Source: Callorhinchus milii
Taxonomy: Eukaryota
Reading direction: 5' to 3'
NCBI RefSeq assembly: GCF_018977255.1
Contig: NW_024704742.1
Span: forward strand, 16,122,001-16,186,000
DNA length: 64,000 nt
Shown: positions 1 through 14,214 of the stretch, piece by piece
Numbering within the stretch: position 1 is the first letter of the stretch
Layout: each line of letters begins with the position of its first letter
Program-made: the position numbers and the translations under genes
Notes under the pieces: generated by a model
Told to the model about the DNA's origin: nothing
Database searches by the model: none
The model's input: only the letters and a program-made list of their open reading frames with translations

Positions 1-375
1 GAGACGTCTCAAAGCACTTCACAGGATATACTGTAAAGGCTGTGTATTTTGTGAATGAAACGTGGCATCCAGTTGAACACAGCAATGTCCCACAAACAGC
101 CATGGAGAGAGCAATCAATTTTATTTAGGGAATTGTTAGCCAGGACACCAGGAGAAACTTCCATCTCTTTTCGAATAGTGCAATGGAATCTTTAACATCC
201 ACCCGAACAGGCAGATGGGAATTTGGTTCAATGTTTCATTCAAAGGACCGCATGTCCAACAATGAAACAAACTCTCAGCACGACATTGGAATGATGTAAT
301 TCAACTTCCCGATGTGGGGCTTGAACCCACAACTTCTGACTCAGAGGCGAGAGTGTTACAAATATGCCAAATAAC
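1..375 (-). mobile_element. Older tRNA-head Deu-domain SINE (family B), cut by window edge
   Basis: Same layout as copies at 2570, 15192, 20174 and 31690: tRNA-like head, Deu-like core, L2-like tail. Confidence 0.75.
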
Positions 376-1972
376 CAACCAAATAATGTTTTCATCTTTA
401 AGCGTGGACATGTGGATCTTAACCTCCAGAAATTTGCTCCGACGAAGTCTTTCAGATGCTGACATCTACAATAGTTTTTTGTTTTTATACAGTTTTTGCT
501 GATTTCAAGTGTATTAGGCATCATCAGTGACAGTTGATAACGTGATTTGCAAGTGTATTTTATTCGTGCAATACAATATAATTACATTTATATTGCATGC
601 TCCTTCAAAGGCAGTGATCATTGCAATGTTGTGGGAAACAAGACGAGAAAGTAAACATTGTACAATACCACCTATGGGAACAATTAAAAACCTGGATGAA
701 TCCTGAATTCTTTTACCAATTATTATCCAAGGTATTATACATGACTCTGGACAGCATAGTCATATTTTTTTAATTAAAAAGCTATCTTCATTTCACAGCA
801 AATGGAGTAGCAGTATCACATTAAATGATCATGCAGCTGTTAAATATGTCGTAACAGTTGCTCCAAGCTATTGACATGGATCAAGTCAAAAGAAATATCT
901 CTTTCTGACAATCTTGGCATTGCAGCAGCACTAACTATAGTATATGACATTCTGTGTAAACTAAAATCCATTTGTCAAAGGTCGTGTGCCAAAAGGTTTG
1001 TAAGCCCATGGGAAAACATTTTATTGGTAGGCAGGAAATTATTCAGTGAATCTTAAACATTTATCCTAACCCATATTAACAGCCACAGACTATATAAGGA
1101 ATTGCCCAGAGTGAGGTATGCTAATACTGTGAATGATGTCTGGCAGAGACTGGTCAGGAATGTGAGTGAGGAGTGACATTATATTAAAATGAAATAACTA
1201 ATGGTGAGTGCTTGGACAGCTCTGAAGCATTTAAGGGAACAGATTGTTGCTTTTCACCAAATCTTAAAGATAAAATAAATTAGCTTTTGTGTTGCTCAGT
1301 TCAGATGGAATAAGAATAGTTGACCTAATTACTTAGACTGCAGTATCCTCTCTCTACCTACCTCGTCTGATCTCCACAGATTGGCATAAACAACACTTTA
1401 CTTAATATGCACATAGATAAATGTATTCTTTTCATCTTGCTCAGGCACACAACGCATAATGTATTAAATAACATCTGTTATGAATATTACACTTTTCGTA
1501 ATACTTTTTTTTAGAAGTAGTGAATATTGTTCATTGTTCCTAAGGAGTTGCTGATGATTCTCCCCATACCCCCGCAATTTGGTCCTTTTTAGATATGTGT
1601 CTATTTCTTGTCTGAAAGCCAATATGAATTCTGTCCCGATCATCGCACCTTGCAGAGCATTCCATATCCTAACAACTCTGTATAATAACCAATAACACCC
1701 AAATATAAAGACCTATGTCAAACTCTGACTGCATTTATTGGTGTCTGAAATGTTTTATTTTACATGCTTTAAGTTGTGCAAAGACCAAGAGCAAACTTCT
1801 AAATTATTATTTTCAACAGAAAACAGCATTTAATGATAATAATAATCTTTGCATTTGATATGATATAGTGCCTTATTACCTCTTCAAGATGTCTCAAAGC
1901 GCCTCACAGAATAATACTGTGTGTATATATATTGAACATTACAGCAAAGAAAGATAGAGCCTTGAAGAGGTG

Positions 1973-2068
1973 TAGAGATAAGGCAGGGATTGAACGAACA
2001 CTGAGAGCCAGTGCAGACTCAATGGACTGAATAGCCTCCTGTGTTGTAAATGTCTATAATTCTATGAG
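1973..2068 (+). mobile_element. CR1 3'-terminal fragment
   Basis: atggactgaatagcctcctgtgttgtaaatgtctataattctatg resembles the CR1 end at 26370-26423. Confidence 0.55.
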
Positions 2069-2569
2069 GACTTCTGATATTAAGTGTATTTTTCTCTGTT
2101 TCCAGCATATGGACATTAAAGTCAAATTTTATGTTTAATGGACTATGATAAGTAAAATTGATGCACCACATTGAACTATAGGTCAAGTTTTTTTTCCATA
2201 TTGTCCATGTGAGTAATCTTCTGATAAAAAGTGCTATTGTAATGCATCTATTGACTGGATTCAAAACCTGGGATAGACAAAAAGTAAAAGTCAATTGAAT
2301 AAAAGCTTTTACTATGTAAAAAAAGGTAATCTACAGGAAATCAGCCTCAATCCCTGCATCTTGTCTCCTCTTTGCCCATCTTCAACTCATAACTCAAGAC
2401 TTTTCTCTTTGACCGAACCTTCAGTCACCTCCCATCACTTTCTAGTTTGGCCTCAAAACATACCGTTGTTAAACACTCGGAGATACTACTTACATGAAAC
2501 TATATAAATGCAAGTTGATGTTATTGTTGATATATGAGCAAAGATCTGTAATAATAATAAATAACAATA

Positions 2570-2937
2570 AATAGCAACTTTAACATTAGGAGAACAAAGT
2601 GTTTCATAAGATTTACTGTAAAGTGTATTTGTGGGCAAACACCTAGAGCAGCTAATTTATGCACAGTAATATTCTACGCAGTTATAGATGAATTACCAAT
2701 TTTATTTGGTAGAGTATTGGTCAGGACACTCCCTTTTCTTTTCAAATTTTGCTTGTGTTCATTGAATAGACAGACCTTGGTTTAATATCACATCTGAAGG
2801 ACGGTACCTCCAACAATGCAGTGCTCCCCCAGCACTGGACTGGAGTATCAGTCTAAGATCATTTGAATTCAAAGTCCTGCCGAGGAGCTAGAATCCACAA
2901 CCTTCTGATTCAGAGCTCCCCTCATCCAAACTGACAC
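2570..2937 (-). mobile_element. Older SINE family B, degraded
   Basis: Head (ccacaaccttctgattcagag...ctgacac) and core similar to other family B copies. Confidence 0.7.
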
Positions 2938-3139
2938 AAGGTATGTTTCGTATGGTGAAGATCATACAGCTAGGACTTTGGGGTTCACTCTAAGTTATCC
3001 ACAGACCTTCCAGTGCGTTTTGTGTTTATTTAAACTGAGAATGTAACAAATATCTAATAAATAGTGACAACTACTGCATTGCAGCAATTGTATCACTGAT
3101 ACACTGTGGCAGAGAGAAATAGAATGTGAATTTGTACTC

Positions 3140-3450
3140 AGGTGCTGAGGTTTGCCAATGGTGGGTGGGGAGGTGGGGGACATGAAGCAGGCTGGTGCCC
3201 ACTGATCAGAGGGAGTGGCCAGAGTGTAGGGTCTGAGCAGGTGGCAAAGGTAGAACAGGCAAAGACCGTGGATGGATTTAAAGGGCAGAATGAGGATCTT
3301 GATCTCAATTCCCATGGGGGAATGGGGAAATATTGGAGCTGGTTGAGGATGGGGTGATAGGTTCACGGAGCCCAGTGTGAGAAAGGGCAGGAGCTGCAGA
3401 GTTCTGGATAGTCTGCAGTGGGCAATGTTCTGCAGAGGTGGGGGAAAGCC
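3140..3450 (-). mobile_element. L2 LINE 3' fragment
   Basis: Translates to IEIKILILPFKSIHGL...LCHLLRPY, the same L2 ORF2 C-terminal region as 14569-15090. Confidence 0.75.
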
Positions 3451-4819
3451 GAGTGAGTCTCTACTCCCTTTTGAATTAGGAAGAAGTACAGCATTGACAT
3501 ATAAATGCATTATCTTCATTAGATATAAAATGAATCACAAAACCAGTAGTAAACCAGTAATTATCAACTTTCTAAGAAAACCAGCCTGTAATGCTGTTGC
3601 CTGGAGTTAGATTTCTCATTTGTACTGAATATGGAGCAGCTTGAAGTAAAAAATCTGACACCAAACATTAGCAATCTCTTAAGAGTATGAGCTGATTTTT
3701 TATGATTGATTCAATCATTAGGTTTGACTTTTCTGTTGATACATTTAATGCAAGCACCTAGGGTATAAGTTATAACAAGCAGAGACATTGATAACTGCTT
3801 AACTACTAGTGCTGTTTGGACTTTTTATTAAACACAACAAGAAAGTTCAATAAAATCATTCACATCAGTGATCATTAGGAAGATGTAGTACATTTAAGTT
3901 AATAATACTCATCAGATTACCCCCAATAAACTTACTTTATATTTTCTGATATTATGCTCAGTTTTAATTTCTAAATGTTGTATAAATTTAAATGCCCATT
4001 TAAACATTAAAATATTATCCTCCACCATCCTCTTCAGCTGCCCGCACCCCGCCACCCAACTCTGTGTAAAGCTGTGTGAAGCACCTTGAGACATCCTCCT
4101 GAAGTGAAAGATGTTATATAAATGTAAATTATATTGTATTATTCTGATTACAATGTTAAATACCCAACACATCCAGCACTAGTCTTTAATGAAACACTCT
4201 TCGTATCAACTGTGATGCGCTATGACATTAATTCACTGCAAAGCTAATAACCAGTGAAGTTCAATAAAATATCAACATATGTAAATGATTAATATAGAGT
4301 TTAACTTAATATTCACCATTGATTCACCCAAAATAATTAGATGAATCAGCTACTTGTTTTGTGGTGTGGGGGACAGTGCTGATGTGAATTGGCGCTTGTC
4401 TACCTGACAATATTCACACCATTTCAAATGATTCTCCTCTTGTGAAATGCTTCAAGATGTTCTTATGTGAAAGATCTACATAATGCAAGTTGTTGCTGCT
4501 CTCCAAGGATCACGTATTTGCCACAAGTAATGTTTTAACCAAGACAATATAAAGTGTTGTGATTATTATTATTATTTTTACTTCTAAAGTGTCTACCGCT
4601 GTGGTCTTTATTAATTTTGCAGAAGAGAAATGTGACAGTAGGTTTAAGAGAAAGTCCAAGTATGGATTTGTCTCCACACTCACTATTGTCCTTCAGGGGA
4701 CCTCTGAGGATCCCAGAATGGTAAATACAGCAGAATCTAAAACTGGATACATTTCTTACATCTGTACTCTTCAGAGCGACAGACAGACAGGTCTTATTCT
4801 TCTCTTTGTGTAATTATTA

Positions 4820-5065
4820 GAAAAGAGGACCTAGGTTTACAGATACAAAGGGCAATTCCAAGACAGACACTAAGAAGTATTTCTTTAACCACAGGGTAAT
4901 TAACAACGGGAAATGATTGCAGAAAAGGTTGGTTGAGTCTAGGACATTGAGCTCATTAAAAAAAAAGATTGATGCTGTGATGAAAACATGGAAAGGTATT
5001 TTGGAAGGGTGAGACCAAATGGACCAAAGGCCATCTTCAATCAAACCAACCTTTTGATTACTGTG
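4820..5065 (+). mobile_element. CR1 3' fragment
   Basis: Reads KGQFQDRH*EVFL...RVIN-like with CR1 3'UTR-like end; similar to 33230-33430 on the opposite strand. Confidence 0.6.
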
Positions 5066-5199
5066 ACTTCTTCTTTATTTCCTGCAACATGGACCCGAGA
5101 GAAGACAAGAGATACACCCTAAGTGCCTACCAGTGCTGTCCTTTATCTACATGCCAGTAGGTGCAACAGAATAGCCTAATTAATTGCTCCCTTCTCCCT

Positions 5200-5341
5200 T
5201 GCTGTGGGAAAATTGGCTGCCATGTTTAACTACAAATACACAATCACTACATTTGACAGAAAAACTATGAAGCGCTGTGAGATGTTTTGACGTGATAAGG
5301 TACTTTATAATATGCAAGGATTATTATTATATTATTATTAT
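5200..5341 (+). mobile_element. SINE 3' fragment (Deu core end + tail)
   Basis: ttgctgtgggaaaattggctgcc...atgcaaggattattattatt. Confidence 0.7.
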
Positions 5342-7289
5342 GCCATGACTAAGGTAAGAAACTTGCTGCATTGGAATTATAAGGTTATATATCTGTATAT
5401 GATCTCCTACTTATAGTATTTATTTTCCTTCTTTAACCTTTTTTAACCACTGAGGCTTTATACTTTGCATACATGATTAACTGATCAGATCCAAAATACA
5501 CTCTGCAATTCCTTTGAGGCTATAGGTTTATTTCTCTGCCATACTTACTAACTTTGATCAGTAATGTCTCAAGGGATAATCTTATTCTGTTCCACCTGTT
5601 ATCTGGGTGCTGAGTTTCAGTGACAAGAAAAAGATATAGGCAGCTTATTGAGTGCCATCAATACAATATTATATAACATTTGTGTCCCAGTCAGTGATGA
5701 TAAGGACACAACAGTAGTAGTATTGATCAGGCTCTAAGTTGCTCCACTACCTATGAAAAGATTTTGATCCTCAATAAATTTAGACCATCAGCAAAATGTG
5801 GATACTTATGGAATTGATGCAAATTACAATTTATATACTGTATATAAATTTGCACACTTTGTGAGTTGGATCAATCATATGCGAATACAGACAGATATCA
5901 TCAATTGTACAATTAACAACCGGTGTAAAAGATAACAAAATTATCTGTATTCCTTTCTATTGGTTTTACATGATTAAGGGCACCTTTGCTTCCTTCTTTG
6001 CATAGAGGTTTGCACATGGTTAGTCCGACCTGCAAATTGTGAACATAGATTTTGAACACAACCCAAACTTAGACCCTAATGATACTTTCAATAGCACTAA
6101 ACCATCTTATATAATAAAAATGTCACCCTGGTGAACAAGTTCACTTACAGAGCAGACTTTATTATGAAACCAATAGTAAATAGAGAATTATCTTCATAGT
6201 TTTAATTTAACAGGCACAAGTTAACATTGAACGGCGATTTGAAAGCTGAGGTTATCTGTGGAATATCAAGTGTCCCAGCACTTTTTCTCCCATTTTTCAG
6301 TCAATTTATAAAAAAAAATCTCTCACTTTCTAAAACCTCCAGAGAAAATGCTGTTTTTAATGTTGGTGATAATGTTCTGCTAAAATCAAATTATTGATCC
6401 TGGCAGGGGAAAAAAGAAAGATTTCCAGCTCAAACTGCTGAAACGCAGAAATCTATAAGCCCAGTAACTCCATACTACAAGGTGATATGCAATATTCTCT
6501 GTGGTTTTGCAGTGTCCAGTCAATAAATTTCCATTAGGTATGGTTGAGCTGTGACAGTGACCTGTTACCCTTTCACAGCACACTGCTATGGCCTTGATTA
6601 CGCATATTAATATGAGTTTTAGCCCCTTGATCCAGCACCTTAATTCTGTGTCCATTAGTATCACATTTCTATTTTTTTCTCCTTGTACTATTGATCTTTT
6701 AAAAAATGTACAGTCAATTTGCACAAATGTGGTTGCAGAGGTCAGCTCTGAACAGAACCGCAACAGCCTCTGTGTCATGTCCTTAGATGCAAAGGTCACC
6801 AGCTTCTAATGACTTCCTGTGCCTTGTTGCCCAGCCCACAGCATCCTTGTACATTCAACTGAGGGCAGATAAATAATTACTGTTAAGAAAACGGCATGTT
6901 CTTGTTTGCTACTCTATCAATCAATTAACATATATTCAGAACAATAAACTACATGCAGTGGTTTGAATGTACTTTCCTGGATGTCCACACAAGTAATCAC
7001 TACTATGATTTATAATTTAACTAATATTATTTGATGTAATATAATCCATGGATCAATGAATGTAATAAAGGGGATGATGTTAATGCAGTAGAATATATGT
7101 ATCTGCAATCTTTCTACCAATGGGACTATGTCCAATCAAGAACAAACATAGGCAAATTTCCTTTTTTACCATGAAGCATCGGGGCTTTTTTTTCACCAAA
7201 CATCTATCACACATATTTAACTTGATTTCTCCAAGTAGATAGAGCATGGGAATGTGGGAAAGATAAAGTGTTTTTCACATTCAATTCAT

Positions 7290-10200
7290 AACATAAGATA
7301 ACATGTAGGAGCAGGAGTAGGCCATTTGGCCCTTCGAGCCTACCCCGCCATTCAATCATGGCTGATCTTCTAATCTAACTCCAGCTAATAACCTGACCCT
7401 GCCTTATCCCCATATCCCTTAATCCCTTTTGCAATAAAAAATCTATCTATCTCAGTCTTGAATATGTTGAAGAACTGAGCGTGAGTTCCATACATAATAA
7501 TCCCTCCAAAAAAACAAAACCATAATAAATTGGTCATTTTCAATCTACGACTGTTTGTGGGACATTGCTGTGCGCAATTGGCTGCCGCGTTCGCCCACAA
7601 ATATACAGTCAATTCACTTTACAGTGTGTTCTGTGAAGCGCTTTGGGACGTCCTCCTGACGTGAAAAGCGCTATATCAAATGCAAGGATTATTATTATTA
7701 TTATTATTCACCACCCTTTGAGTGAAGAAGTTCTTCCTCAACTCAGTGCAAAAGGGCTGGCCTCTGATTTTAAGGTTGTGAGCCCTGGTTTTAGTTTCTC
7801 CAACCAGGGGAAACAATCTCCCACTATCTACTCTATCATGCCCTTTGATGATCTTATAGGTTTCTATAAGATTCCCTCTACTTCTTCTATATTCTAGAGA
7901 ATATAGTCCCAAATTGGTCAGCCTATCCTCGTAACTCAACCCCTTCATCCCTGGTACTAACCTAGTAAATCTACGCTGCACCCCCTCCAAGGCAAGTACA
8001 TCCTTTCTTAAATAATGAGACCAAAACTGCACACAGTATTCCAGGTGTGGTCTCACCAGGGCCCTATACAGTTGCAGCAAGACTTCCCTACTCTTATACT
8101 CTAATCCTTTCATAATGAATGCTAACATACCATTCGCCTTCCTGATTGCTGCTGCACTTGCAGACTAACTTTCTGTGATTGGTGTACAAGGACACCCAAG
8201 TCCCTCTGGACGCTAACACATTCCATTCTCTCCCCTTCTAAAAAATAACCCGCTCTACAGTTTTTGCTACCTAGGTGGATGACTTCGCACTTCCCTACAT
8301 TATACTTCATCTGCCACCTACCTGCCCAATCACCTAACCTATCTATGTCTTGCTGCATTTTTTTAATGTCATCCTCTGTGCTGACACTTCCTATAGTTTT
8401 GTGTCATCCGCGAATTTAGATATATTAACTTTGATGTCCTCATCTAGATCGTTGATGTAGATGGTAAATAGCTGAGGCCCAAGGACTGATCCTTGTGGCA
8501 CTCCACTAGTCACATCCCGCCAATCTGAAAAGGACCTGTTTATCCCTACTCTTTGTTTCCTACCCGTTAACCATTCCCCAATCCACGTTAATATGCTCCC
8601 CCAAAATCCATGGGCCCTTATCTTTTGGACTAACCTTTTATGCGGCACCTTATCGAATGCCTTCTGGAAGTCCAAATAGACCACATCCACTGATTCACCC
8701 TTATCTAGTTTACTGGAAATATCCTCAAAAAACTCTATGAGATTTGTCAAACATGACTTCCCTTTTGTAAAGCCATGTTGACTTGGCCTAATTATATTGT
8801 GCTCCCTAAATACCGCACTACCACATCCTTAATCAATGATTCTAAAATTTTTCCTATCACTGATGTGAGACTAACTGGCCTATAGATCCCCATCTTTTCC
8901 TTTCCACCTTTTTTAAATAGTGGTGTGACATTTGCGATCTTCCAATCCTTGGGGACTGTTCCAGAATCCAAGGAATTTTGGAAGATCATACATAAGGCCT
9001 CCACTATCTCATAAGCTACCTCTTTTAAAACCCTGGGATGCAAGCCATCCGGACCAGGGGATTTGTCACTTTTTAGTGCTAACAGTTTCCCTAGCACCAA
9101 TTCTCTACTAATGAAAATTTCCCTAAGTTGCTCCCTGTCCTTATCCCCTTGGTGCATCTCTATTGTTGGCAGACTTGTTGTGTCTTCTAGGGTGAAGACA
9201 GATGCAAAGTGCTCATTCAGGGACTCTGCCATGTCCTTATCCCCCAATACAACTTCTCCCATCTCTGACTGAAGTGGACCTACATTTACCCTCACTAGCC
9301 TATCCCTCTTAATATATTTGTAAAAACGTTTACAATCAGACTTAATGTTCCTAGCTAGCTTACCCTCATACTCCTTTTTCTCGCTCTTAATGAGTTTTTT
9401 AGTTTTTTTTGCTGGTTTCTAAAACTCTCCCAATCTTCAGATTTGCTGCTTTTCTTGGCAGTTTTATAAGCCTTTTCTTTTAATTTGATGCTTTCCCTAA
9501 CTGCTCTAGTTAGCCACGGATGAATTGCTTTCCCTGTGGTACTCTTATTCCGCAAGGGAATATGCGACCGCTGAGAATTTTGCACTACATCCTTAAATAT
9601 TTGCCACTGTTGGTCTACATTTTTACCTCTTAATCTTATTCTCCAGTTTATTTTACCTAAATCTTTCCTCATACTACAAAATTAGCCCTATCTAAATTCA
9701 GAATACTTACCTAGGATTTAACTATATCCTTCTCTAACTTAATGCAGAATTCAATCATATTGTGATCACTCTGCCCTAGAGGATTCTTAATACCTACACT
9801 ACCAACTAGCCTTCACTGCCAACTTCGTTACACAAAACAAGATCTAGGATGGCCTGTCCCCTAGTTGGTTCCTCGGCATGCTGCTCTAGAAAGTTATCTC
9901 TCATTTACTCAATGAACTCTTCTTCTGACCTACTTTTGCCGATTTGTTTTCCCAATCTATGTGGAGATTGAAATCACCCACTATTATCACTTTACCTTTC
10001 CTAAATGCTCCACTGATTTCCTGATTAATACCTTGTGCTATATTGTGATCACTGTTTTGGGGGTCTACGAACCACTCCCATTAATATTTTCTGCCCTTTA
10101 TTATTTTTTATTTCCACCCATATTGTCTCGACCTCCTGGTCATCGGATTTCAGATCCTTCCTCTCCACTGCTTTTATTTCATCACTAATTAACAGGACTG

Positions 10201-10420
10201 CTCCCCCTCCGCCCCCCCCCCCCCCCCCCCCCCCCCACCTCTTTTCCCACAGTGTCTAACTTTCCTGTAAACTGAGAACCTTGGAATATTTAACTCCCAC
10301 CCTAGATCTCCTTGTGACCATGTTTCAGATCGTATCCATATGTGTCTATCTGTGCTTTTAATTCATCAGTTTTATTCCGAATGCTTCATGCATTCAGATG
10401 TAACATTTTTTAATTTCCTT
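7290..10420 (-). mobile_element. CR1-clade LINE, near-complete but disrupted ORF2 (APE endonuclease + reverse transcriptase) with 3' UTR
   Basis: ORF fragments carry [59 protein letters not shown] and LYRALVRPHLEYCVQFW. Endonuclease start (LNA*SIRNK...ETW) near 10400-10320. Multiple frameshifts and stops. Confidence 0.95.
7495..7708 (+). mobile_element. 5'-truncated young tRNA-derived SINE inserted in the CR1 3' region
   Basis: Nearly identical to the 3' half of the SINE at 24142-24470; ends in (ATT)n. Confidence 0.9.
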
Positions 10421-11629
10421 CCATTTCCTCTACTCTCTGATTCCTTATTTACTTTGCCAAAGTTCTTACCCCTAGTTAACATATTCCTATTATCTGGCAT
10501 GCTATTCTGCACTGTCATCCTTACTTTTTCTAATGCTAATTCAACAGCTTCATGAATCTGAGATAATAATACCTTCACTTATACCTTCTCTGTGAGATAA
10601 TAATGGGGTATCATTAATACAACGCATATTGATGATTCATTTACAATGGCTCATTGCTTTGTTTCTCTTTTACCCCATCTCTGTAATGACCTCCTTGGGC
10701 ACCTCAGCTTCCATACTTAAATCTATAACTCATTTTTTATCCATATTATGGATTATTTTCTACCTGGTGAGCATTAATAATCTTTCTGTATTTATCAGGC
10801 ATTAAATCCCTTAAACTCAATTGTTCATTTCCTACCAGCAGGAAACTTAAGCAACACATTGAACCACTTAGCCACAGAAGGTCATAGATTAGCACCTTAA
10901 TACACAGGTGGCCACATATAAAACTCTTGATGCAAGCGCAATGGTAGAAAGAGTGGGAAGGAAAGCCTGGTATTGTTCATAAGTATATTACATACTTTAG
11001 ATCCTTCCACAATACACAAGCAACTTTACATTTGTTCAATGAACAACTCAACCCAAACTGACTAATACCTCCAATGTCCCAAACAGGACTTTAAAGGAGC
11101 CAGAGGTATAGAATCTTAAGGTCACCTTCATCTATCTTCACCTCCACTGTTAGCTTTCATAACACTCCTCAGTGTCATATCAATGCTGATGAGATTGCAT
11201 AACTCTGTAATGACCTCCTTGGGCAACCTTAAACCCCTGACATACTGCTCCTCCATCAAGTCAAAATAAACGCTGAGTGTTCCATAACAGCCTTCTTCTC
11301 GGGTATCTTTGACCTGCCCCTCTGCACCTATCTGTGCTGCTGTCTTTGCTGGCTGCTAGTAGCCTAAATCCTTTTCTGCTGCTGATACTCTTCCAGCAAT
11401 ATTACATCTGTCTCGCTGCTGAGCTGCCCATACCTGTTTCAATTTGCCAAATGGAAACAATTACAAATTGTTGTCAACAGCTCCTTCCTCTAAATCCAGA
11501 TTACATTTTAAATCATGCAAAATCACATTTTAATCAGTTCCTCAAAATCTCCATATTCATGTAAAGTTAAAAAATCTTGCAATAACCACAGAAAATCGAG
11601 ACACTGCATCGTGGATCCTGGAACTAGTT

Positions 11630-11745
11630 TACCCACAAAACATACAGTCAGTCCACTTTACAGTATAACCTGGGGAGCACTTTGAGATGTCTTGACGACG
11701 TGATGAAGTGCTTTACCAAAGGCATAATTATTGTTATTATTATTA
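11630..11745 (+). mobile_element. SINE 3' tail fragment
   Basis: acccacaaaacatacagtcagtccactttacag...gacgtgatgaagtgct...attattg. Confidence 0.65.
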
Positions 11746-13384
11746 GTGACTGCTTACATGTGGGGGTGACTGATCATGTGCAGGTAAAGTGTGCAGGTAA
11801 AAACAAATTAGTCTATGTATTCAAAACTTAAGCCCTCTTAGTGACTCTTAGTTGTTTAAACAAACTTGTTCTTTGTGACATTCAGTTATTCTACCCCAAA
11901 CTAAAAATCTGTACTATCTCCCTGCTCTAGGAAACCTCTAGGAAACCTCCGATATATTTTGGATTCTTTTTACCACCTATACATATAAAATATATCTGTT
12001 ATTAAAATTAGAGGAATAAATGGTTATTGATTTACATCTCTGATTACTAGTTTTATCATCTTTGGTGCTAGGTTTTGTAATCCATATTTTAATGTTTCTT
12101 AATTTAATAATAATAATAATTAAAATTTAAAATCCAGAAAAGTCTTCAATTTAAAGTCACTCTTATCTGAATCATGATCTCTGGCAATGATTTTTGCCTT
12201 GACCTGATTTGGAATTTAAAAATTCAGATGCAGAATACATTCTGCTTTTATACCTTTAATTTACTAGTAATGCAGAGTTCTTGAAAAAAATTCTCAAATT
12301 CCGAGAATTAATGGATACATTTGGCATCATCTAATCCCTGAAACTCCTCCTGACAAGTTGTGGAAACATAAACTAACCAAAGCTACCCGAGAAAGGATTT
12401 GAGAGTGCATTACTAAGAAACGTGCAGATGACCTTTGGCTTGAATGTTGTATAATCTCTGTGTCAGGTTTTACTCTCTGCTTCCCCTTCAGCTCCATTTT
12501 CTATTGTAATCTCTTGGCCAAGTGAATCCTGCAGTAGGGCTGCACATTTATGCAACCACTGAAAGCTGCTGAATTAAAAGATCAATAAGTTATCTGATTC
12601 TCACCTGGGAACACTGTAATACCCACTGCCCCTCTCAGATTCCAGGCCTAAACGAATAGGTTGTTGTTTGTGTTGTACTTTGCAGTGTTATACAGTTCAT
12701 GTTACAAGCTCATTACTAGCACTAAAGCACACTCGGGGATTGTCTCATTCTTTCATGTTTGATGCCAAGAAGACTGCCTAATGATCCTCAACTGACCATC
12801 ACCGTAGCCATTTAATAATGTCTGAATCATGTTATCTTATTTACATCTACTTTCTCCATTGTATGTTTTCTTCAGCCTCTATTAAATTTTTATTTCACCT
12901 GAGCATTTGTTTGTTTCTTTTTCTACATCCGTTGTCTCTCCTCCTCTCCTGAAGGCACTGACTCATGCTGGAGGATAGTTACAAGAGTGCTTGTCCAATT
13001 GACCATCCTTTATGTATGAGACTACCCAATGAATGTCAGCAAGCTATTTGACAATGAAGGGCATAACAGCTAAGTCCAGTCCTATTCTCACTGACATCAA
13101 CTCATAAACGCTTTACTTATCAAATAGGAATGGGAGCTCTGATATAATTTGCCCCTCACTAGAACTGTGTGCTAATGCCAGTTGTACCTTCCCTATTGCT
13201 ACCGATTGAATTTTGCACTTTCAATTCCTTTAATTTTATTTTCTATTTACCTTTCATTTTACTTTTTGTTTTCTTATTTTCTTTCGCTTATTATCTGATT
13301 AATACAGTCTCTACAGTTAGAGTCAGTGAAACAACGAATAGGAATTAGATTTGAAAATGAAGGATGCTAGACCTAGAATTGTAC

Positions 13385-13565
13385 AATTTACATTTATATA
13401 TAGCGCCTTTCATGTCAGGTAGACGTCTCACAGTGCTTTACATAGCTGGCTGGGCACCCTTGTGGTGTAGTCAGGGGATCTAAAGAAATGGGGGGGGGCG
13501 GGGGAAGGAGAAAGATGAACAAAGGCACGGTCAAAGAGGTAAGTTTTGAGATGGGCTTTGAAAGT
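13385..13565 (-). mobile_element. L2 3'-terminal fragment
   Basis: ttacatttatatatagcgcctttcatgtcagg tail plus ggtcaaagaggtaagttttgag (ORF2 end). Confidence 0.65.
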
Positions 13566-14214
13566 ACAGTACATTGACACTGTGAGATGTAAACCTCACA
13601 ATGACTAAATAGCGGAATTGGGGAAACTGGACAAACTATTGAGTGGCAAAACACAAGGTTTGTGTAATAATTCCTCATACCTTGACCTCTCAATTTCTGT
13701 TGCCAGAAAGCATAAGGTGAGTCGAGTTTCCTCACAGTTGCACCTCACTGTTGAAATCAAGACTCATCACACTATGCTCAATTTTAAGTCACACTTCCCA
13801 AAGATCTCAAAACTATGCGAATCCCATCTACTTAAGAATTCCTTTCAAACTACAATGTGCGGGATTTTAAAATGCAAGTTTGCCAACATTTATCCACTTC
13901 TCAATTTATCTCGTTTTCTCTGCACTCTTTTTAACCTTGTGATATCCTACACTATGAAATTTCTCCATTTTAGAAAAAGGAAGGGACAGCAAAATTGATT
14001 TGAGAATCTCTCTGTGCCATAACTCTGCACCCAATGTTGGTAGAAGTATGTGATAAAATAATAATATTAACCCTTCCACTTGATATAGCAGTTTATTACA
14101 TCATCAAGAAGTTCCAAAGTACTTTACTGTAGAGTGGTGTGACTGTATTATTTGGGGAAACACAGTTGCCAACTTGCATTCAGCAATGCCCCACAATCAG
14201 CCACTGAGCCAATC

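Noticed and set aside
7385..7612. Recurrent [33 protein letters not shown] (also 24013-24375) and its antisense [14 protein letters not shown]s
   Set aside because: Translations of SINE copies; the recurrence reflects the repeat, not a gene family.
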